DNA of 63,444 bases, the filler included, from Octopus bimaculoides (lineage: Eukaryota): assembly GCF_001194135.2 (NCBI RefSeq). It is 10 parts of 9 records of this genome, joined end to end, with 100 filler letters (N's around TTAATTAATTAA, not from the genome) between each part and the next. Parts side by side here need not be neighbours in the genome. Positions count along the whole stretch, not along the records: positions 49,107 to 50,641 come from NW_026384869.1; positions 50,742 to 53,206 come from NW_026385350.1; positions 53,307 to 55,069 come from NC_068987.1; positions 55,170 to 57,170 come from NC_068986.1; positions 57,271 to 59,434 come from NW_026370615.1; positions 59,535 to 62,263 come from NC_068985.1; 4 more parts are not named here. One strand, 5' to 3'. How positions within the stretch are numbered: the stretch's first letter is position 1; every line of letters begins with the position of its first letter. A model generated the notes under the pieces. The model was given only the letters and a program-made list of their open reading frames with translations. It was not told where the DNA came from and searched no databases. The position numbers were made by a program, and so were the translations under genes. Below are positions 49,107-60,750 of the stretch, piece by piece.

Positions 49107-50641
49107 AAAACTTGATAATGCTTATTTCGTGATTTCCAGTCTATTTTAGACACTTTACAGTTTTCATTTTTGCAAAACCACTATTCGTTTTGAAGTCTAG
49201 ATGGGTAATATTAGCTAGATGGGTGTTGAAAACATTATATTTATGAAAGCGTTCATGGAAGTCACATCCGTTTTCAGAAAACACAAACTCACAAAATTTG
49301 TCAAATAACCATGCAAATAGCAAGAAAACTTGAAAATGGTTATTTCGTGATTTCCAGTCGATTTTAGACACTTTTAGGTAGTTTTCATTTTAGCAAAACC
49401 ACTACTCGTTTTGAAGTCTGGATGGTTAATATAAGCTAGATGGGTGTTGTAAACATTATATTTCTCAAAGCGTTCATTTATGTCACAACCGTTTTCAAAA
49501 TAGTGGGCTAATATAGGCTAGAAAAAATCTCTTTTCATTTTAAAGTCTAGTGGGTTTAAATAGGCTAGAAACAAGCACTGTCTTATGGGTTAATATAGGC
49601 TAAAAAAAAGCATTGTTCATTTTGAATTCTAGTGGGTTAATATCGGCTACACAAAAACCACTTTTCATTTCGAAGCCTAGTGGGATAATATAGGCTAGAA
49701 AAAAGCACTTTTCATTTTGAAGTCTAGTGGGTAAATATAGGCTAGAATAAAGCACTATTCGTTTTGAAGTCTAGTGGGTTAATATAGGCTAGAAGAAATC
49801 TCTTTTCATTTTGAAGTCTAGTGGGTTTAAGTAGCCTAGAAACAAGCACTGTTCATTTTGAAGTCTAGTGGGTTAATATAGACTAGATAAAAACCACTTT
49901 TCATTTCGACGTCTAGTTGGTTAATATAGTCAACAAAAAAGCACTTTGGATTTTGAAGTCTAGTTGGTTAATAGAGGCTAGAAAAAATCTCTTTTCATTT
50001 TGAAGCCTAGTGGGTTTAAATAGGCTAGAAAAAAAGCACTTGAAAATGCTTATTTGGCAAATAACCATGAAAAAGCAACAAAACTTGAAAATGCTTATTT
50101 CGTGACTTCCAGTCGATTTTAGTCACTTTTAGGTAGTTTTCATTTTGGAAATCCACTATTCGTTTTGAAGTCAAGATGGGTAATATAAGCTAGATGGGTG
50201 TTGAAAACATTATATTTCTCAAAGCGTTTATTTATGTCACAACCGTTTTCAAAATACACAAACTCACAAAATTTGGCAAATAACCATGAAAAGACAAAAA
50301 AACTTGATAATGCTTATTTCGTGAATTCCAGTCTATTTTAGACACTTTAAAGTTTTCATTTTTGCAAAACCACTATTCGTTTTGAAGTCTAGATGGGTAA
50401 TATAAGCTAGATGAGTGTTGAAAACATAATATTTATGAAAGCTTTCATCGAAGTCACAACCGTTTTCAGAATACACAAAGTCACAAAATTTGGCAAATAA
50501 CCATGAAAAAGCAACAAAACTTGAAAATGCTCATTTCGTGATTTCCAGTCAATTTTAGACACTTTTAAGTTTTCATTTTTGCAAAATCACTATTCGTTTT
50601 GAAGTCTCGATGGGTAATATAAGCTAGATGGGTGTTGAAAA
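49107..50641. repeat. Satellite with a ~218-bp monomer, interrupted by about 12 copies of a ~47-bp sub-repeat (49501-50040)
   Basis: aaaacttga(t/a)aatg at 49107, 49325, 50080, 50299 and 50516; short unit tagtgggttaatataggctagaaaaaagcacttttcattttgaagtc. Confidence 0.93.
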
Positions 50642-51400
50642 NNNNNNNNNNNNNNNNNNNNNNNNNNNNNNNNNNNNNNNNNNNNTTAATTAATTAANNN
50701 NNNNNNNNNNNNNNNNNNNNNNNNNNNNNNNNNNNNNNNNNTATATATATATATATATATCTGTATGAATACAATATATCTTATGTTCGTTACACAGAGA
50801 CATACACGCACACACAAAAACAAACGCAAACACACAATCAAGGACACTTACATATACATTCTCCTAATATCCCATTCATGGGTACACCTTGTCTCACGCA
50901 CACACTTCTTCTTACATGCATACACACGCACACACAGATCAAGTAGGTTTAGCGGGCCATATCAAGGCCTACTGCCTCTCGTTTTACTTGGCTCCCGACT
51001 CAGCTGTAATATTATTGTTAACGAATTTATTCGTCATATTATACGATTTTGTTGTGTGCGTATATACATGTGCGTACATGTGTGTGTATATATATAAATA
51101 TTATGCATACAAATATATACATATACATTTACACACACACACACATGTATACATTTAATAGCGTCCACACACATGGATGTACACATATATGCATATACAT
51201 GTGTTTATATNNNNNNNNNNTATATGTAAATATATGTATTATGAATATGAATATATACACACATATATAGTGTGTGTATGTATATGCATATATATCTGTG
51301 CGCGTATATATGTATGTAAATTATATATATATATATATATTTATATCTCTCTATCTATCTATACGCACACACACACATATGCATGTACATGTATGTATGC

Positions 51401-51436
<36 letters not shown>

Positions 51437-51520
51437 GTATGTATGTATGTCTGTATGTATGTATGTATGGATAGATGGATGTCTGTATGTATATACACAT
51501 ATAGGCGGACGTCCGCTCAT

Positions 51521-51551
<31 letters not shown>

Positions 51552-51629
51552 GCTGATCACTCACTCATACGCTATCACATACACACACACACACACACGC
51601 ATGTATTACCCCCGCTAATAAACATCTAT

Positions 51630-51750
51630 AGAAGACGGCGGGGCGGTGTTTTCATGATTGAAAGACATTCAGAAAGACGAGGGTGGGTGGGCGTGGCTGA
51701 GAAAAGAGGGCGGGAAGCTTAATATTCTCGGTTTCAAATCCCGACCGGTA
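51630..51750 (+). promoter_or_regulatory. GC-box cluster (possible promoter)
   Basis: GGGCGG and GGGCGTGG motifs in a locally GC-rich stretch; motif match only. Confidence 0.25.
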
Positions 51751-52197
51751 CTTTTTTCTTTCTCTTCCTCTCGTTCACTTCTTCTTCTTTCATATTTTTA
51801 TATGTTCATTTATTTATTTATTTTTCTATTTCTGTTCTGTAATTTTTTTTTTTTTCTTCTGTTGGTTCGTTTCTTCACAGTTCAATGACTCTCACAGGTA
51901 AAATCCTGCGAGAGATTCAAGGTATTTCATAATCTCATTTGAAACTTGTGTGTGTGTGTGTGTGCGTGTGTGTGTGTGTGTGTGTGTTCGTGTTTGTGTG
52001 TGTGTGTGTGTGAGAGAGAGTAATGTATACCTGCTGTATAAATTTTCTATTACGCGCACACACACATATATGTATATATATTTCTACATATATATAAGCT
52101 AGATAGATAGATAGATACATAGATAGACAGACAGACATACATATACATATATGTATGTGTGCGTTTGTGTATATATATGCACAAATTCACGCACACA

Positions 52198-52277
<80 letters not shown>

Positions 52278-52356
52278 NNNNNNNNNNATATATATATATA
52301 TACATGCATATATATATATACATACATACATATATATGCATACATACATATATATG

Positions 52357-52401
<45 letters not shown>

Positions 52402-52676
52402 ATATATATATATATATTCTCTCATTCCCTCTGTCTTCCTTTCAGTCCTACACCCGTGTCCGAGGACGCAGAGCAATGCAACTCTCCATGCGCAACTTTT
52501 CTGCGCTCTGAAAGGGGGGAAAGGTAGCTAACCCCTAATCCAAAGGTTACCCTCAAAAGCTCTTTCATGGCTGTTGCACAAAATGCCTGTAAGACAAACG
52601 AGGAGAGAGTTGCAGTGAGGAAGAGTGAGAGGGACCGAGAAGAATAGATCAGTCTTTACCGAATCTAGCAACATTA

Positions 52677-52728
<52 letters not shown>

Positions 52729-53306
52729 GCTATCTGAAATAGTGTAATTCACTTAGAATTAGTTATAACGAGTTCAATCGAGTTTGTTTTGTTTTGGAAA
52801 GAATAGAATATAAAATCTTTCGCTTTTATATAAACAACTATGGAAGACTGGTGGGAACATTGTCTGTATGGACTTCAAGTGCTAGGTTGCTATTTAGTTA
52901 GATAATTTAGGAGTTAGTTAAAGGTTTACTTCCTCCCACTTTAATTTATATATGTATATCTATATTTACACATATATGTTTGTTAGCATGCTGGGCAAAT
53001 TGGCCTGTTTGCCCAATATAAAGAGCACCTCAGAGTTTACAGATGATGCCATATATAACTTTGGACAGTGTACAACAGACGTTTCGGTTATTCCATACTG
53101 TGACTTGTGCCCAATGACAACTCTAATGTGGTTAATGTAGGATCAAGATTGTATCGTCGAGTACCATAGGGACAACGTTTTACTGTTTCTTCTAAATTAT
53201 AACATANNNNNNNNNNNNNNNNNNNNNNNNNNNNNNNNNNNNNNNNNNNNTTAATTAATTAANNNNNNNNNNNNNNNNNNNNNNNNNNNNNNNNNNNNNN
53301 NNNNNN

Positions 53307-54045
53307 GTGAAAAACCATACACATCTCCTCGGGTTCGTTTATCGTACGCTCATGTTGATCTGTCAAAGACCTTATTATGGTATCATTGCTACGCTGGGCC
53401 TCTACGGCACGAGCCCATCCAGTCACGTTGATTCCTACCTGTCCTATTGCACGTAACTTTGCTCTGACAATGCATCCCTCGTGTTTAGCCTCGAGGTGTT
53501 GGTTGACCGCCAATCTCGTTGCTAAAACTTAGGATGCACAGCCAGACCTAAATGTCTCCTCTAGAGCTTTAACTAAAGCTCTTTCAATTCTATTTTTCTT
53601 ATTGATTAGCTCTTTACTAAATGTTATAGACTCAAACTTAATGGCATACCACCATAAACTCAAACTTTTAAGGGCATACCACCATTTGTTGTTGATAATG
53701 GAACCGGTTAATATCCTCATCACTAACTCTCTAATCCGGCTCTTGTACACCTCACAGTCCAAAAGTGACCTGTTTAGCTTTCAGTAATCAGGTCCCTGTC
53801 TACACAAACTATCTAATTCAAGCTTACAGGTCGCCAATTTGTGATCACCGTTGCTGACGATGTAAAATTGTGGACACCTGACTATGTTTTTTTCTTTAAC
53901 TCTAACAAATATCCTATCTAAGTAAGATCTAGAAGACCCGACTCTATTTGACCATGTCCGCAATGGAGCGTTCAGGTCATCTAGTCTGTATCGGTGTGCC
54001 AGCTGGAAACGACTGAGCAGACTGTTGAGGCAAAGGAACAAAACT
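53307..54045 (-). mobile_element. Tx1/L1-clade LINE ORF2 fragment (APE endonuclease C-terminus + linker), degenerate
   Basis: RTWSNRVGSSRSYLDRIFV...GDHKLA...GPDY*KLN..., then HEGCIVRAKLRA...RSLTDQ; stops and frameshifts. Confidence 0.85.
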
Positions 54046-54060
54046 GTTTCTCTCCCTTAT

Positions 54061-54190
54061 AGTTTTTGCGCCAACAGCGAAAAACATTTGGCTTTAAAGA
54101 GCAGTTGTAACGATTGCTCTGATTGGTTAGTTTTTGGCGCAAATTGTTCCCTAAGCAATTACACCCAAATTACTTCGTAAACCAATCAGA
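54061..54190. promoter_or_regulatory. Candidate E2F + NF-Y (CCAAT) promoter module
   Basis: TTTGCGCCAA at 54065-54074, TTTTGGCGCAAA at 54132-54143, and inverted CCAAT boxes at 54118-54128 and 54180-54190. Confidence 0.4.
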
Positions 54191-55371
54191 CCCACTAAAA
54201 TGGATCACATTATTTTGGTGGGATAATCTTGACATATACCGCGGAGCCTACCATTTGCTTTAAAAAGAGGATCATAATTTGCTCCGAAAGCAGTCCAGCC
54301 TAAATTGCCACCAGGAATCTCTGACTCACGAGACAATGCTGTTTTCGCCGTCTACGCCACCACGTTTCTATTACATCTAAGTTGCTGATTATTTCTCGCA
54401 CACGATATATTCACCAAGCAAACATGACTTAAACGTCCTTTCAGAAACCTTTAACTTGGTGAGTTATCAGACTAGTCACCAATTTTTACTGAGGAAACCC
54501 AATTGATCAAGGTAATAACCCCACTAAAATAAGCATCAAAACGAAAGGAGTAAAATAACAGCTTTCCAAGTTTAAACTCAGTGTTTATTGAATAGGAGAG
54601 GTGTGAAATTTAAGAAAACGACTTGTTAGATAGATAATACATGTTTGTGAGGAAGCATAAAAAAAGATAGCAAAATGTTTTATACCAGAGAGCTGGTAAT
54701 ACATACATTGACAAATGTTCCATAGCGAAAGCAAAAGGTTGTTGCATTACTCCACACGAATACTAAACGACATTAAACTAAGCTTATGGCGCACTTTCAC
54801 TTTTACAACCTCTACTTACGCAGAAACATCTGAAATTTTCGGCCGTATGGGGTGATATTTCTGCATGATAATTGATTAGTATTCTGAGCAGTTGCCTGAT
54901 CTGATGTGGCCCGATCCTAGTTACGAAGCCTACACAGTTTCAAATCTAGGCCTCTCTACAAATGAATTGTTTTTAAATCAAAATTTTTTTCTGATAATTA
55001 TACTTTTTTAAAAATTTTATTTTAGAAATTTACAAGATAAGAATCGATAACTTATCAACAATTTCACGANNNNNNNNNNNNNNNNNNNNNNNNNNNNNNN
55101 NNNNNNNNNNNNNTTAATTAATTAANNNNNNNNNNNNNNNNNNNNNNNNNNNNNNNNNNNNNNNNNNNNTCCCCCTCCCCCTCCCCCTCCTTTTTTTACT
55201 TCATTTCTTCTTTATACACGCACACACTTTCACTCACTCTCACACACGGGTATACGGGTATATATTTATGGAATGAGCGCCGAAATACCCGAGAAACACG
55301 ACATCATATAATCTTTTACCAGCCTACGATATTTTCTTACAGACATTGACGATCTAGCTTTTCTCCTTTAT

Positions 55372-55768
55372 TCTTTTACAGGTTTCACTCATTAGATTGC
55401 GGCCATGTTAGAGCACCAATTCGAAGAAGTTTCAGTCAAGCGAATCGACCGCAGTATTTACTTTTCGAAGTCTGGTATTTATTCTATCGATCTCTTTGAC
55501 TGAACGGCTACGTTATGGGGGCATAAACATACCAACACCGGTTGTCAAGCGGTGATAGGGGACAAACACAAGTACAAGCACAAAGACACACACACGCACA
55601 CACATGACGGGCTTCTTTCAGTTTCAGTCTACAAAGTTTACTCACAAGGCTTTGGTCGGCTCGAGACTATAATCGCAGATACTTTCCCAAGGTGCCACGC
55701 AGAGGGAATCAACCCAGAACCTTGAGGTTGAGAAGAAACTTTCTTGCCACGCAGCTATGCCAGCACCT
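55372..55768 (-). mobile_element. SINE family B, full length
   Basis: Tail, internal (CA)n and tRNA-like head all present in reverse orientation. Confidence 0.88.
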
Positions 55769-56593
55769 AATCCCTTCAAAATCAACTTTGCCTTCCCCTT
55801 TTTCCGTGGCCAAAAGACGACACCACCAATCATGTACTAAGGTTTAATATTCCTATACAATATTCTAGATGTTAATGAAAATATGATAGACTGATTGCTT
55901 CCGGTATTCCGTCATATCCCAAGATGAAAATGTGATAAGACTGAGTGCTTACGGCATATCGTCATATCCCAAGACTCTCATATTAACTTTTCCTTCTTCT
56001 GTCTCCCGAGAGCGATACAATATGTACCTGGCCAATTGCTAGGGTCTGCATATTCGACTACAAAACATTGAAGGTGTTGCTGCAGTATGGGCGCAGTATA
56101 ATGGACAAATTCAGTAACAATAGAGTAATAGTTCGTCTGTATATATATATGTTGCATTATATGGTTTACTTGCGTAAATATGAAACTGGCCAATATACGC
56201 TTGTGGGCAAATATCTAGAACATACTATATATATATATATATCATATATATATGAATACCAGATACTGCCGTTTGTTACTATGGACAAATATTGTCACGT
56301 GACGACACCCATAAACGTAATTGACGGCGTAACAACATGAAGCATGTACTAAAAACGAAGTTTGCTTCGCTTCCACACTCTCTTCTTCCTAAATATATTT
56401 GTGTATGCATCTGTATATGTATACACACACATGCGTATACAAATATATGTATACACATGCCTATAAACATATATATATATATATATATATATATGCGTAT
56501 ATATATATGTATACATGTATATATGAATATATGTATGCATATCTATTTATTAGATACACACACACACAAACACAAACACATATGACGTATATG

Positions 56594-56679
<86 letters not shown>

Positions 56680-56937
56680 ATCACGTATATGTATTATATA
56701 AATATGCAATATAACATACCGCATGGAAGGAAGTACACACTCATAGAATTACAAGCACCGTATTTAGTAATAGCAACAGAGTTATGAGGCAGAAGAAAAT
56801 ATAATAACAATAAAATCAGATTTGGAAGCGAAAATACCCGGATGCCTACTTTCGTTCTAGATGACTGGGTGGATGTGTCCAACCACTCAAACATAATGAA
56901 TCAAACAGCGATTGTGTACTTGGAAGTGACGCTATTG

Positions 56938-56993
56938 TTAGAGGCAGTTGTGGTCGTAGTTGCAGTGAGCGGTGTTATTGCAAGTGATGCCGC

Positions 56994-57028
<35 letters not shown>

Positions 57029-57170
57029 TAAGAGTTTGATTGCAGTTGTTGTGTTTGTGTTAGCAGTGGTATGTGAAGTGGTTGTGGTGGTTGTGGTGGT
57101 TGTGGTGGTTGTGGTGGTGGTGGTGGTAATCTTTCAGTCAACGTGTTGTTGCTGTAGTTATAGCTGGCCT
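56938..57170 (-). CDS. Candidate terminal coding exon, low-complexity P/Q/S-rich, truncated by gap
   Basis: Frame open from the gap to TAA: ASYNYSNNTLTERLPPPPPQPPQPPQPPQPLHIPLLTQTQQLQSNSYTSSSSSSSSSSGGITCNNTAHCNYDHNCL*. Trinucleotide repeats could explain the open frame. Confidence 0.35.
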
Positions 57171-57494
57171 NNNNNNNNNNNNNNNNNNNNNNNNNNNNNN
57201 NNNNNNNNNNNNNNTTAATTAATTAANNNNNNNNNNNNNNNNNNNNNNNNNNNNNNNNNNNNNNNNNNNNACATATATATACATGTATATATATGTATTT
57301 CATATTTCTGTTCATTTGTGTGTGTGTATGTGAGTTGGCACAAACCATGAATTCATCTTAATTAAATCTCTTTAACGACCCCACGAAAACCATATATTAC
57401 CAAAGTAAGACATTTATGGAGAACGTTAGTCGACCTCTGGAGGTTACGTTTGGGTGTTTTCAATATTTATTTGTTACAGACAGAATAATATTGA

Positions 57495-57720
57495 TGGTGA
57501 TAGAAGCTGGTGTAGCAATATTACTATAGCACTGGACAAACTGTCTTGGTCTGTTGAGTTACTTCTCTTTATGATCTGAGTTCAATTCCAGTAGGAGGCG
57601 AATTATGTCTTTCATCCTTTTTGAGGTCTGTAAAATAAAGTACTAAGGAAGTACTAAGGAAGTACTGTATTTAAGACAATGGCATCAACTAATTGCTTCC
57701 TTCACAATTTCTGGACTTAT
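57495..57720 (+). mobile_element. SINE family A, highly diverged
   Basis: tctgagttcaattccagtagg...ctttcatcctttttgaggtctgtaaaataaagtac. Confidence 0.6.
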
Positions 57721-57761
57721 CCCTAGGTGCAGGCATGGACAGGCACCTGCAGCTCTGTGAC

Positions 57762-57850
57762 TGTGTGGTAAAATCTTTGGTTCCCAACCACATGGTTTCT
57801 GTTTCATTCCCACTGCATGTCACCTTTAGCTAGTGTCTTCTACAATAGCT
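57762..57850 (+). mobile_element. SINE family B head fragment
   Basis: gactgtgtggtaaaatctttggttcccaaccacatggtttc...cccactgcatgtcacc. Confidence 0.65.
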
Positions 57851-57854
57851 CCGA

Positions 57855-58225
57855 GAGTGGAGTGGGTACTTTTTACGTGCCACCGGCACGAGGGCCAGTC
57901 TGGCGGTACTGGCAACGGCCACGCTCAAATGGTGTTTTTTTACATGCCAACTGCACAGGAGTCACTCCAATGTTTTGTTCACATGCCACCGGCACAAGTG
58001 CCAGTAAGGCAAATCTGGAAACGATCGCGCTCAAATGGAGCTTTTTACATGCCACCTTCACGGAAGCGAGACAGCTGCTCTGGCAGCGATCCCGCTCGGA
58101 TGGCGCTGTTAGTGCTCCACTGGCACAGGTGCCAGTCATCGAATTTGGGTTCAATTTCGATCTCACTTGCTCCAACAGGTCTTCACAATCTGAGTTTTGT
58201 GTCCAATGAAAGAAGTTTGGCATGG
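57855..58225 (-). mobile_element. RTE-associated 3' UTR minisatellite fragment
   Basis: ctccgagagtggagtgggtacttttacgtgccaccggcac..., four to five units. Confidence 0.75.
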
Positions 58226-59024
58226 GTGATACATGTATATATATATATATATTTGTTTTGCAAGATTTTTGGCTAAACTGGCAATATGACCATCCCCAAG
58301 TACAACAATATATATATATATGTATGTATGTATATGTATATATATATATATANNNNNNNNNNNNNNNNNNNNNNNNNNNNNNNNNNNNNNNNNNNNNNNN
58401 NNNNNNNNNNNNNNNNNNNNNNNNNNNNNNNNNNNNNNNNNNNNNNNNNNNNNNNNNNNNNNNNNNNNNNNNNNNNNNNNNNNNNNNNNNNNNNNNNNNN
58501 NNNNNNNNNNNNNNNNNNNNNNNNNNNNNNNNNNNNNNNNNNNNNNNNNNNNNNNNNNNNNNNNNNNNNNNNNNNNNNNNNNNNNNNNNNNNNNNNNNNN
58601 NNNNNNNNNNNNNNNNNNNNNNNNNNNNNNNNNNNNNNNNNNNNNNNNNNNNNNNNNNNNNNNNNNNNNNNNNNNNNNNNNNNNNNNNNNNNNNNNNNNN
58701 NNNNNNNNNNNNNNNNNNNNNNNNNNNNNNNNNNNNNNNNNNNNNNNNNNNNNNNNNNNNNNNNNNNNNNNNNNNNNNNNNNNNNNNNNNNNNNNNNNNN
58801 NNNNNNNNNNNNNAAATATATAGTTTTAGGGAAAATAACCAAGTTTCAAGAACTCATCGATGAAAATCCACTATCACATATAGAAAAATTAACAATTAAA
58901 AGCACAATAAATTAGTATAATATAAAGCAAAGTAAATATCATAAGATAAATATAATAAAATGATTACACGTGTTTCATAACTAATTTTCAAATATATATA
59001 TATGTATATGTATATGTATATCCA

Positions 59025-59188
59025 ATGGGCTTCTTTCAGTTTCCACCTACCAAATCCACTCACAAGGCTATGGTTGTCCTGAAGCTATAGTCGAAGACAC
59101 TTGCCCAGAGGTGCCACGCAGTGGGACTGAACCTGATACCATGTGAATGGGAAGTAAGCTTCTTACCACAGAGCCACGCCTGAACCTA
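59025..59188 (-). mobile_element. SINE family B 5' half (inverted relative to the adjacent 3' half)
   Basis: Reverse complement of head through gaaactgaaagaagccc. Confidence 0.85.
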
Positions 59189-59229
59189 TCGCATACATAT
59201 ATATAATGTGTGTGTGTATGTCTGTATGT

Positions 59230-59434
59230 GTGAGTATATGGGTGTATCTTTGTGCTTGTGTTGTGTTTGTCCCCACCAACAGGTTGACAACCAATGTCGG
59301 TTCGTTTACATCCCCATGACTTAAAAGTTTAGCAAAAGACACTAATGAAATAAGTCTCCATCTTTAAAATAAATACAAGATCATATTATTTAACTAAACC
59401 TTTCAATGTGGTGCTCCAGCATGGCCACAGTCAA
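59230..59434 (+). mobile_element. SINE family B 3' half
   Basis: gtgtttgtcccc...ttgacaaccaatgtcgg...gtggtgctccagcatggccacagtca. Confidence 0.8.
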
Positions 59435-59534
59435 NNNNNNNNNNNNNNNNNNNNNNNNNNNNNNNNNNNNNNNNNNNNTTAATTAATTAANNNNNNNNNN
59501 NNNNNNNNNNNNNNNNNNNNNNNNNNNNNNNNNN

Positions 59535-59768
59535 ATGTGTGCAGTACCCAGTAGTGCAATTTTCTGTATGTTATATATATTTGTAAGTCCTGGTGTTTTT
59601 GTTATGTATTTGTCTGAATATTTTTTTCTTATACCTAAGGCACCTACTATGATAGGAATTGTTTCTGTTTTCAGATTCCACATTCGAGTTACCTCTGTTT
59701 CCAGGTCTTTATATTTTGAAAGTTTCTCCATTTCTTTTAGGTTGTCAACTGCTGGTATTGATACATCA

Positions 59769-59772
<4 letters not shown>
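59535..59772 (-). mobile_element. R4/Dong-like 3' region, young copy, 5' junction in (TAA)n
   Basis: IDVSIPAVDNLKEMEKLSKYKDLETEVTRMWNLKTETIPIIVGALG...QKIALLGTAH. Confidence 0.9.
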
Positions 59773-59849
<77 letters not shown>

Positions 59850-59866
59850 CAGTAGTAGTAGTAGTA
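59773..59866. repeat. (TTA)n-(TAG)n microsatellite
   Basis: Direct reading. Confidence 0.95.
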
Positions 59867-59874
59867 TTTACTTT

Positions 59875-60170
59875 TAATCTGCATGTTTATTACACTCACT
59901 CGCCGAGAAAATCCAGTGTCCTAGGGCGAGTGAAGGATAAGGGATGTTACAACATGACTGAAAGCTTGGGGAGAGCAAGTGGCAGGAGCTGTAGGTGTTA
60001 CTTGTTAGCAAAATCTTCTGGATTTCTCTGAGACATGGTTCTCCTGGGATATTCTCTAGATGTTTCTGACATCCCTTTCGAGTCATACCAAGGGTATTCA
60101 CTGTAACAGGAACAGTTCTCGCTTTAAGATACCACAACTTTTGTATTTCAATTTCCAGGTCCTTATATTT
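59875..60170 (-). mobile_element. R4/Dong-like 3' end, older and different subfamily
   Basis: KYKDLEIEIQKLWYLKARTVPVTVNTLGMTRKGCQKHLENIPGEPCLREIQKILL. Confidence 0.8.
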
Positions 60171-60290
60171 ATTTAATTTATCAAATTCCTTTACAGATAT
60201 ATATTTTATCGGTGGGAACAGTTACACCTATTAGTCTACAAGTATTTTTTCTCTGTCTTTAATGACTGCCCGGTCGATTAGTCTGGACCG

Positions 60291-60358
<68 letters not shown>

Positions 60359-60360
60359 AC

Positions 60361-60750
60361 GCGGCGAGCTGGCACTAAGGCAGTGAGCTGGCAGAGTCGT
60401 CAGTACTCCGGGCGAAATGCTTAGCGGTATTTCGTATGTCTTTACATTTTGAATTCAAATTCCACCAAGGTCGACTTTGCCTTACATCATTTCGGGGTCG
60501 ACAATTTAAGCACCTGTCAAGTACTGAGGTTTATGTGATCAACGTACCATTTCCCCCACCCCACATTTCAGGCCTTGTGCATATAGTAGAAAGGATTACT
60601 ATTATTGTTGTTGTTCAAATTCCGCCGAGGTCGACTTTGCCTTACATCTTTTCGGGGTCGATAAATTAAGTACCAGTTGCATACTGAGGTCAATCTAATC
60701 GTCTGGTTCCCTCCCCCAAAATTTCAGGCCTTGTGCTTAGAGTAGAAAAG
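60361..60750 (+). mobile_element. SINE family A with tandem duplication of the body
   Basis: Core at about 60440-60590 is repeated at about 60613-60749; preceded by (TTA)n at 60290-60355. Confidence 0.85.

Noticed and set aside
49501-50040. CRISPR-like regularly spaced repeats
   Set aside because: Units are contiguous with no unique spacers, there are no cas genes, and the context is eukaryotic; it is a minisatellite.
53072-53100. Minus-strand GG-AATAA-CC-GAAACGTC resembling a minimal hammerhead 3' half
   Set aside because: The CUGAnGA core is absent (cacagtat); at most a dead relic. It also weakens the 52952-53140 ORF as an exon.
55879-55975. Two-copy ~50-bp tandem duplication (similar small duplications at 44040-44086 and 53630-53690)
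   Set aside because: Ordinary local slippage products with no further structure.
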